Part shown: piece by piece, positions 54,401 through 64,000 of the stretch
Numbering within the stretch: the first letter of the stretch is position 1
How the letters are laid out: each line of letters starts with the position of its first letter
Source of the DNA: Eledone cirrhosa
Taxonomy: Eukaryota
NCBI GenBank assembly: GCA_964016885.1
Contig: OZ024740.1
Coordinates: 19,716,001-19,780,000, forward strand
Direction: 5' to 3'
DNA: 64,000 nt
Program-made: the position numbers and the translations under genes
Notes under the pieces: model-generated
The model's input: the letters and a program-made list of their open reading frames with translations, nothing else
What the model was told of the DNA's origin: nothing
Database searches by the model: none

Positions 54401-57400
54401 TGTCCCAACAGCTAACAACTGATGCAGTGTCCTCTCGAAAGCTAAAAACTGATGCAGTGTCCTCTAGACAGCTAACAAATTATGCAGTGTCCCAACAGCT
54501 GACAACTGATGCAGTGTCTCGAAATCTAACAACTGGTGCAGTGTCCCGACAGCTAACAACTGATGCAGTGTCCTCTCGACAGCTAACAACTGATGCAGTG
54601 TCCTGACAGCTGACAACTGACGCAGTGTCCCGACAGCTAACAACTGATGCAGTGTCTCGCCATCTAACAACTGATGCAGTGTCCCAACAGCTAACAACTG
54701 ATGCAGTGTCCCAACAGCTAACAACTGATGCAGTGTCTTCTCGACAGCTAACAACTGATGCAGTGTCCCGACAGCTAACAACTGATGCAGTGTCCTCTTG
54801 ACAGCTAACAACTGATGCAGTGTCCTCTCGACAGCTAACAACTGATGCAGTGTCCCGACAGCTAACAACTGATGCAGTGTCTCGGAATCTAACAACTGAT
54901 GCAGTGTCCCGACAGCTAACAACTGATGCAGTGTCCTCTCGACAGCTAACAACTGATGCAGTGTCCTGACAGCTGACAACTGACGCAGTGTCCCGACAGC
55001 TAACAACTGATGCAGTGTCTCGCCATCTAACAACTGATGCAGTGTCCCGACAGCTAACAACTGATGCAGTGTCTCGACATCTAACAACTGATGCAGTGTC
55101 CCGACAGCTAACAACTGATGCAGTGTCCCGACAGCTAACAACTGATGCAGTGTCCTCTTGACAGCTAACAACTGATGCAGTGTCCTCTCGACAGCTAACA
55201 ACTGATGCAGTGTCCCGACAGCTAACAACTGATGCAGTGTCCCGATAGCTAACAACTGATGCAGTGCTCAGACAGCTAACAACTTATGCAGTGTCTCGAA
55301 ATCTAACAACTGATGCAGTGTCCCGACAGCTAACAACTGATGCAGTGTCCTCTCGACAGCTAACAACTGATGCAGTGTCCTGACAGCTGACAACTGACGC
55401 AGTGTCCCGACAGCTAACAACTGATGCAGTGTCTCGCCATCTAACAACTGATGCAGTGTCCCGACAGCTAACAACTGATGCAGTGTCTCGACATCTAACA
55501 ACTGATGCAGTGTCCCGACAGCTAACAACTGATGCAGTGTCCCGACAGCTAACAACTGATGCAGTGTCCTCTTGACAGCTAACAACTGATGCAGTGTCCT
55601 CTCGACAGCTAACAACTGATGCAGTGTCCCGACAGCTAAAAACTGATGCAGTGTCCCGACAGCTAACAAGTGATGCAGTGCTCAGACAGCTAACAACTTA
55701 TGCAGTGCTCAGACAGCTAACAACTGATGCAGTGTCTCGACAGCTAACAACTGATGCAGTGTCCTCTCGACAGCTAACAACTGATGCAGTGTCCTCTCGA
55801 CAGCTAACATCTGATGCAGTGTCTCGACAGCTAACAACTGATGCAGTGTCTCGACAGCTAACAACTGATGCAGTGTCCACGCAGGTAACAACTGATGCTG
55901 TGTCCCAACAGCTAACAACTGATGCAGTTTCCTCTCGACAGCTAACAACTGATGCAGTGATTCGACATCTAACAACTGATGCAGTGTCCTCTCGACAGCT
56001 AACAACTGATGCAGTGTCCCGACAGCTAACAACTGATGCAGTGTCCTCTCGACAGCTAACAACTGATGCAGTGTCCTCTCGACAGCTAACAACTGATGCA
56101 GTGTCCCGACAGCTAACAACTGATGCAGTGTCTCGACATCTAACAACTGATGCAGTGTCCCGACAGCTAACAACTGATACAGTGTCCCGACAGCTAACAA
56201 ATGATGCAGTGTCCTCTCGACAGCTAACAACTGATGCAGTGTCCTCTCGACAGCTAACAATTGATGCAGTGTCTCGACAGCTAGCAACTGATGCAGTGTC
56301 TCGACAGCTAACAATAGATGCAGTGTCCTTCCGACAGCTAACAACTGATGCAGTGTCCTCTCGACAGCTAACAACCGATGCAGTGTCCTCTCGACAGCTA
56401 ACAACTGATGCAGTGTCCCGACAGCTAACAACTGATGCAGTGTCTCGACAGCTAAGAAATGATGCAGTGATTCGACAGCTAACAACTGATGGAGTGTCTC
56501 GACAGCTAACAACTGATGCAGTGTCTCGACAGCTAACAACTGATGCAGTGTCCTTCCGACAGCTAACAACTGATGCAGTGTCCTCTCGACAGGTAACAAC
56601 TGATGCAGTGATTCGACATCTAACAACTGATTCAGTGTCCTCTCGACAGCTAACAACTGATGCAGTGATTCGACAGTTAACAACTGATGCAGTGTCCTCA
56701 GGACAGCTAACAACTAAAGCAGTGATTCGACATCTAACAACTGATACAGTGTCCTCTCGACAGCTAACAACTGATGCAGTGCTCAGACAGCTAACAACTG
56801 ATGCAGTGTCCTCGCGACAGCTAACAACTGATGCAGTGTCCCGACAGCTAAAAACTGATGCAGTGTCTCGACAGCTAACAACTGATGCAGTGTCCTCTCG
56901 ACAGCTAACAACATATGCAGTTTCCTCTCGACAGCTAACACCTGATGCAGTGTCCTTTCGACAGCTAACAACTGATGCAGTGTCCTCTCGACAGCTAACA
57001 AAATATGCAGTTTCTTCTCGACAGCTAACAACTGATGCAGTGTCCTCCCGACAGATAACAACTGATGCAGTGTCCTCTCGACAGCTAACAACTGATGCAG
57101 TGTTCCGACAGCTAACAACTGATGCAGTGTCCCCTCGACAGCTAACAACAGATGCAGTGTACCAACAGCTAATAACTGATGCAGTGTCCCGACAGCTAAC
57201 AACTGATGCAGTGTCTCGACAGCTAACAACTGTTGCACTGTCCCGAAAGCTAACAACTGACGCAGTGTCTCGACAGCTAACAACTGATGCAGTGTCCCGA
57301 AAGCTAACAACTGATGCAGTGTCTCGACAGCTAACAACTGATGCAGTGTCCCGAAAGCTAACAACTGATGCAGTGTCTCGACAGCTAACAACTTCTGCAG

Positions 57401-60089
57401 TGTCCCGACAGCTACCAACTGATGCAGTGTCCCGACAGCTAACAACTGATGCAGTGTCCTCTTGACAGCTAACAACTGATGCAGTGTCCTCTCGACAGCT
57501 AACAACTGATGCAGTGTCCCGACAGCTAACAACTGATGCAGTGTCCCGACAGCTAACAACTGATGCAGTGTCCTCTCGACAGCTAACAACTGATGCAGTG
57601 TCTCGACAGCTAACAACTGAATCAGTGTCCTCTCGACAGCTAACAACTGATGCAGTGTCCTCTCGACAGCTAACAACTGATGCAGTGTCCTCTCGACAGC
57701 TAACAACTGATGCAGTGTCCTCTCGACAGCTAACATCTGATGCAGTGTCTCGACAGCTAACAACTGATGCAGTGTCTCGACAGCTAACAACTGATGCAGT
57801 GTCCTTCCGACAGCTAGCAACTGATGCAGTGTCCTCTTGACAGCTAACAACTGATGCAGTGATTCGACAGCTAACAACTAATGCAGTGTCCTCTCGACAG
57901 CTAACAACTGATGCAGTGATTCGACATCTAACAACTGATACAGTGTCCTCTCGACAGCTAACAACTGTTGCAGTGTCCCGACAGCTAACAACTGGTGCAG
58001 TGTCCTCTCGACAGCTAACAACTGATGCAGTGTCCTCTCGACAGCTAACAACTGATGCAGTGTACCGACAGCTAACAACTGATGCAGTGTCCTCTCGACA
58101 TCTAACAACTGATGCAGTGTGCTCTCGACAGCTAACAACTGATGCAGTGTCCCGACAGCTAACAACTGATGCAGTGTCCTCTCGACAGCTAACAACTGAT
58201 GCAGTGTCCCGACAGCTAACAACTGATGCAGTGTCCTCTCGACAGCTAACAACTGATGCAGTGTCCCGACAGCTCACAACTGATGCAGTGCCTCGACAGC
58301 TAACAACTGCTGCATTGTCCCGACAGCTAACAACAGATGCAGTGTCTCGACAGCTAACAACTGATGCAGTGTCCTCTTGACAGCTAACAACTGATTCAGT
58401 GTCCTCTCGACAGCTAACAACTGATGCAGTGTCCCGACAGCTAACAACTGATGCAGTGTCCTCTCGACAGCTAACAACTGATGCAGAGTCCCGACAGCTC
58501 ACAGCTGATGCAGTGCCTCGTCAGCTAACAACTGCTGCATTGTCCCGACAGCTAACAACTGATGCAGTGTCTCGACAGCTAACAACTGATGCAGTGTCCT
58601 CTCGACAGCTAACAACTGATGCAGTGTCCCAACAGCTAACAACTGATGCAGTGTCCTCTCGAAAGCTAAAAACTGATGCAGTGTCCTCTAGACAGCTAAC
58701 AAATTATGCAGTGTCCCAACAGCTAACAACTGATGCAGTGTCTCGAAATCTAACAACTGGTGCAGTGTCCCGACAGCTAACAACTGATGCAGTGTCCTCT
58801 CGACAGCTAACAACTGATGCAGTGTCCTGACAGCTGACAACTGACGCAGTGTCCCGACAGCTAACAACTGATGCAGTGTCTCGCCATCTAACAACTGATG
58901 CAGTGTCCCAACAGCTAACAACTGATGCAGTGTCCCAACAGCTAACAACTGATGCAGTGTCCTCTCGACAGCTAACAACTGATGCAGTGTCCCGACAGCT
59001 AACAACTGATGCAGTGTCCTCTTGACAGCTAACAACTGATGCAGTGTCCTCTCGACAGCTAACAACTGATGCAGTGTCCCGACAGCTAACAACTGATGCA
59101 GTGTCTCGGAATCTAACAACTGATGCAGTGTCCCGACAGCTAACAACTGATGCAGTGTCCTCTCGACAGCTAACAACTGATGCAGTGTCCTGAGAGCTGA
59201 CAACTGACGCAGTGTCCCGACAGCTAACAACTGATGCAGTGTCTCGCCATCTAACAACTGATGCAGTGTCCCGACAGCTAACAACTGATGCAGTGTCTCG
59301 ACATCTAACAACTGATGCAGTGTCCCGACAGCTAACAACTGATGCAGTGTCCCGACAGCTAACAACTGATGCAGTGTCCTCTTGACAGCTAACAACTGAT
59401 GCAGTGTCCTCTCGACAGCTAACAACTGATGCAGTGTCCCGACAGCTAACAACTGATGCAGTGCTCAGACAGCTAACAACTTATGCAGTGTCTCGAAATC
59501 TAACAACTGATGCAGTGTCCCGACAGCTAACAACTGATGCAGTGTCCTCTCGACAGCTAACAACTGATGCAGTGTCCTGACAGCTGACAACTGACGCAGT
59601 GTCCCGACATCTAACAACTGATGCAGTGTCTCGCCATCTAACAACTGATGCAGTGTCCCGACAGCTAACAACTGATGCAGTGTCTCGACATCTAACAACT
59701 GATGCAGTGTCCCGACAGCTAACAACTGATGCAGTGTCCCGACAGCTAACAACTGATGCAGTGTCCTCTTCACAGCTAACAACTGATGCAGTGTCCTCTC
59801 GACAGCTAACAACTGATGCAGTGTCCCGACAGCTAACAACTTATGCAGTGTCCCGACAGCTAACAACTGATGCAGTGCTCAGACAGCTAACAAGTTATGC
59901 AGTGCTCAGACAGCTAACAACTGATGCAGTGTCTCGACAGCTAACAACTGATGCAGTGTCCTCTCGACAGCTAACAACTGATGCAGTGTCCTCTCGACAG
60001 CTAACATCTGATGCAGTGTCTCGACAGCTAACAACTGATGCAGTGTCTCGACAGCTAACAACTGATGCAGTGTCCACGCAGGTAACAAC
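51471..60089 (+). repeat. Tandem duplication, unit about 4.2-4.4 kb (51471-55892 and 55893-60089)
   Basis: Marker offsets are 4422 (52291->56713), 4311 (53529->57840) and 4224 (54156->58380; 54606->58830). A chimeric junction monomer sits at about 55877-55910. Confidence 0.85.
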
Positions 60090-63000
60090 TGATGCAGTGT
60101 CCTCTCGACAGCTAACAACTTATGCAGTGTCTTCTCGACAGCTAACAACTGATGTAGTGTCCTCTCGACAGCTAACAACTGATGAAGTGTCCTCTCGACA
60201 GCTAACAACTGATGCAATGTCCTCTATACAGCTAACAACTTATGCAGTGTCCTCTCGACAGCTAACAACTGATGCAATGTCCTCTATACAGCTAACAACT
60301 TATGCAGTGTCCTCTCGCCATCTAACAACTGATGCAGTGTCCCGACAGCTAACAAATGATGCAGTGTCTCGACATCTAACAACTGATGCAGTGTCCCGAC
60401 AGCTAACAACTGATGCAGTGTCCTCTCGACAGCTAACAACTGATGCAGTGTCCTGACAGCTGACAACTGACGCAGTGTCCCGACAGCTAACAACTGATGC
60501 AGTGTCTCGCCATCTAACAACTGATGCAGTGTCCCAACAGCTAACAACTGATGCAGTGTCCCAACAGCTAACAACTGATGCAGTGTCCTCTCGACAGCTA
60601 ACAACTGATGCAGTGTCCCGACAGCTAACAACTGATGCAGTGTCCTCTTGACAGCTAACAACTGATGCAGTGTCCTCTCGACAGCTAACAACTGATGCAG
60701 TGTCCCGACAGCTAACAACTGATGCAGTGTCTCGAAATCTAACAACTGATGCAGTGTCCCGACAGCTAACAACTGATGCAGTGTCCTCTCGACAGCTAAC
60801 AACTGATGCAGTGTCCCGACAGCTAACAACTGATGCAGTGTCTCGGAATCTAACAACTGATGCAGTGTCCCGACAGCTAACAACTGATGCAGTGTCCTCT
60901 CGACAGCTAACAACTGATGCAGTGTCCTGACAGCTGACAACTGACGCAGTGTCCCGACAGCTAACAACTGATGCAGTGTCTCGCCATCTAACAACTGATG
61001 CAGTGTCCCGACAGCTAACAACTGATGCAGTGTCTCGACATCTAACAACTGATGCAGTGTCCCGACAGCTAACAACTGATGCAGTGTCCCGACAGCTAAC
61101 AACTGATGCAGTGTCCTCTTGACAGCTAACAACTGATGCAGTGTCCTCTCGACAGCTAACAACTGATGCAGTGTCCCGACAGCTAACAACTGATGCAGTG
61201 TCCCGACAGCTAACAACTGATGCAGTGCTCAGACAGCTAACAACTTATGCAGTGTCTCGAAATCTAACAACTGATGCAGTGTCCCGACAGCTAACAACTG
61301 ATGCAGTGTCCTCTCGACAGCTAACAACTGATGCAGTGTCCTGACAGCTGACAACTGACGCAGTGTCCCGACAGCTAACAACTGATGCAGTGTCTCGCCA
61401 TCTAACAACTGATGCAATGTCCCGACAGCTAACAACTGATGCAGTGTCTCGACATCTAACAACTGATGAGTGTCCCGACAGCTAACAACTGATGCAGTGT
61501 CCCGACAGCTAACAACTGATGCAGTGTCCTCTTGACAGCTAACAACTGATGCAGTGTCCTCTCGACAGCTAACAACTGATGCAGTGTCCCGACAGCTAAC
61601 AACTGATGCAGTGTCCCGACAGCTAACAACTGATGCAGTGCTCAGACAGCTAACAACTTATGCAGTGCTCAGACAGCTAACAACTGATGCAGTGTCTCGA
61701 CAGCTAACAACTGATGCAGTGTCCTCTCGACAGCTAACAACTGATGCAGTGTCCTCTCGACAGCTAACATCTGATGCAGTGTCTCGACAGCTAACAACTG
61801 ATGCAGTGTCTCGACAGCTAACAACTGATGCAGTGTCCACGCAGGTAACAACTGATGCAGTGTCCTCTCGACAGCTAACAACTTATGCAGTGTCTTCTCG
61901 ACAGCTAACAACTGATGTAGTGTCCTCTCGACAGCTAACAACTGATGAAGTGTCCTCTCGACAGCTAACAACTGATGCAATGTCCTCTATACAGCTAACA
62001 ACTTATGCAGTGTCCTCTCGACAGCTAACAACTGATGCAATGTCCTCTATACAGCTAACAACTTATGCAGTGTCCTCTCGCCATCTAACAAATGATGCAG
62101 TGTCTCGACATCTAACAACTGATGCAGTGTCCCGACAGCTAACAACTGATGCAGTGTCCTCTCGACAGCTAACAACTGATGCAGTGTCCTGACAGCTGAC
62201 AACTGACGCAGTGTCCCGACAGCTAACAACTGATGCAGTGTCTCGCCATCTAACAACTGATGCAGTGTCCCAACAGCTAACAACTGATGCAGTGTCCCAA
62301 CAGCTAACAACTGATGCAGTGTCCTCTCGACAGCTAACAACTGATGCAGTGTCCCGACAGCTAACAACTGATGCAGTGTCCTCTTGACAGCTAACAACTG
62401 ATGCAGTGTCCTCTCGACAGCTAACAACTGATGCAGTGTCCCGACAGCTAACAACTGATGCAGTGTCTCGAAATCTAACAACTGATGCAGTGTCCCGACA
62501 GCTAACAACTGATGCAGTGTCCTCTCGACAGCTAACAACTGATGCAGTGTCCTGACAGCTGACAACTGACGCAGTGTCCCGACAGCTAACAACTGATGCA
62601 GTGTCTCGCGATCTAACAACTGATGCAGTGTCCCGACAGCTAACAACTGATGCAGTGTCTCGACATCTAACAACTGATGCAGTGTCCCGACAGCTAACAA
62701 CTGATGCAGTGTCCCGACAGCTAACAACTGATGCAGTGTCCTCTTGACAGCTAACAACTGATGCAGTGTCATCTCGACAGCTAACAACTGATGCAGTGTC
62801 CCGACAGCTAACAACTGATGCAGTGTCCCGACAGCTAACAAATGATGCAGTGCTCAGACAGCTAACAACTTATGCAGTGCTCAGACAGCTAACAACAGAT
62901 GCAGTGTCCTCTCGACAACTAACATCTGATGCAGTGTCCTCTCGACAGCTAACAACTGATGCAGTGTCCTCTCGACAACTAACATCTGATGCAGTGTCTC

Positions 63001-64000
63001 GACAGCTAACAACTGATACAGTGTCTCGACAGCTAACAACTGATGCATTGTCCACGCAGGTAACAGCTGATGCAGTGTCCTCTCGACAGCTAACAACTTA
63101 TGCAGTGTCCTCTCGACAGCTAACAACTGATGTAGTGTCCTCTCGACAGCTAACAACTGATGAAGTGTCCTCTCGACAGCTAACAACTGATGCAATGTCC
63201 TCTATACAGCTAACAACTTATGCAGTGTCCTCTCGACAGCTAACAACTGATGTAGTGTCCTCTCGACAGCTAACAACTGATGAAGTGTCCTCTCGACAGC
63301 TAACAACTGATGCAATGTCCTCTATACAGCTAACAACTTATGCAGTGTCCTCTCGCCATCTAACAACTGATGCAGTGTCCCGACAGCTAACAACTGATGC
63401 AGTGTCTCGACATCTAACAACAGATGCAGTGTCCCGACAGCTAACAACTGATGCAGTGTCCCGACAGCTAACAACTGATGCAGTGTCCTCTTGACAGCTA
63501 ACAACTGATACAGTGTCCTCTCGACAGGTAACAACTCATGCAGTGTCCCGACAGCTAACAACTGATGCAGTGCTCAGACAGCTAACAACTTATGCAGTGC
63601 TCAGACAGCTAACAACTGATGCAGTGTCTCGACAGCTAACAACTGATGCAGTGTCCTCTCGACAGCTAACAACTGATTCAGTGTCCTCTCGACAGCTAAC
63701 AACTGATGCAGTGTCTCGACAGCTAACAACTGAATCAGTGTCCTCTCGACAGCTAACAACTGATGCAGTGTCCTCTCGACAGCTAACAACTGATGCAGTG
63801 TCCTCTCGACAGCTAACAACTGATGCAGTGTCCTCTCGACAGCTAACATCTGATGCAGTGTCTCGACAGCTAACAACTGATGCAGTGTCTCGACAGCTAA
63901 CAACTGATGCAGTGTCCTTCCGACAGCTAACAACTGATGCAGTGTCCTCTTGACAGCTAACAACTGATGCAGTGATTCGACAGCTAACAACTGATGCAGT

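Larger units (their letters stand above)
1..64000 (+). repeat. Tandem satellite/minisatellite array; 27/30-bp monomer CGACAGCTAACAACTGATGCAGTGTC[C|T|CTCT]
   Basis: The monomer is seen continuously from base 1 to 64000 in one orientation, with no unique insert. The 27-bp and 30-bp forms are interspersed, and the array is truncated by both window edges. Confidence 0.99.
43600..64000 (+). repeat. Satellite domain 3 (mosaic; private variants plus re-used domain-2 modules)
   Basis: Markers seen only here: TCCTCTTGA (first about 43640), CGAAATCT, TGACAGCTGACAACTGACGC, TCCACGCAGGT, GCAATGTCCTCTATACAG and TGAATCAGTG. The domain-2 TCAGGACAG module is re-used at about 45980, 52278 and 56700. The left boundary is gradual (43.5-47 kb). 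Confidence 0.75.

Noticed and set aside
61461-61475. Single C deletion (GATGAGTG) as a meaningful event
   Set aside because: It is a singleton absent from homologous modules, so it is either a private mutation or a sequencing error.
750-63955. TGA recoding (Sec/Trp/Arg) giving one giant protein
   Set aside because: The TGAs are explained by CpG transitions and are mirrored by CAA variants. TAG stops (about 1209, 7203, 14463, 39922, 42604, 46306) and three frameshifts would still break the frame.
682-63990. Minus-strand LHQLLAVERT (leucine-rich or coiled-coil looking) and DTASVVSCRE ORFs
   Set aside because: These are overlapping alternative translations of the same repeat, broken by amplified TAA/TAG/TGA variants and lacking any non-repetitive part.
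1-64000. CRISPR array
   Set aside because: The repeat length and weak dyad are superficially similar, but only 1-4 bp separate the cores. There are no unique spacers, leader or cas genes.
1-64000. Telomerase-made long-unit telomere, as in budding yeasts with 23-26-bp repeats
   Set aside because: There is no G-rich strand or telomeric core I recognise. Exact kb-scale copying of the variant order indicates recombination rather than templated addition. A subtelomeric location cannot be excluded.
1-64000. Functional motif arrays (auxin element TGTCTC, Myb-like CAACTG, RSS-like CAGTG, iterons or att sites)
   Set aside because: Matches of 5-6 bp in a 27-30-bp unit are expected by chance, and no cognate gene or context is present in the window.

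Overview
The whole 64 kb window is one uninterrupted, head-to-tail, single-orientation tandem array of about 50% GC. The monomer is a 26-bp core, CGACAGCTAACAACTGATGCAGTGTC, followed by C (27 bp), T (27 bp) or CTCT (30 bp), with a rare 33-bp variant. There are roughly 2,200-2,300 monomers, estimated from length. I see no unique sequence, credible gene, RNA gene, transposon, CRISPR spacer or inversion, and the array runs off both ends. The listed ORFs are translations of the repeat: monomer lengths are multiples of 3 and three frames have no consensus stop. Rare variant monomers reveal hidden structure. There are three domains with largely distinct variant sets (about 1-29.1, 29.1-43.6 and 43.6-64 kb) and nested duplications of about 0.4-7.5 kb. 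Length changes are almost always multiples of 3, and two -1/+1 indel pairs compensate each other. The array also shows CpG-type decay, a cryptic ~7-bp sub-period and a local 57-bp dimer array. The best reading is eukaryotic satellite or minisatellite DNA with higher-order repeats. I cannot identify the organism, the family or any function, and I found no supportable novel gene system. All counts were made by eye.
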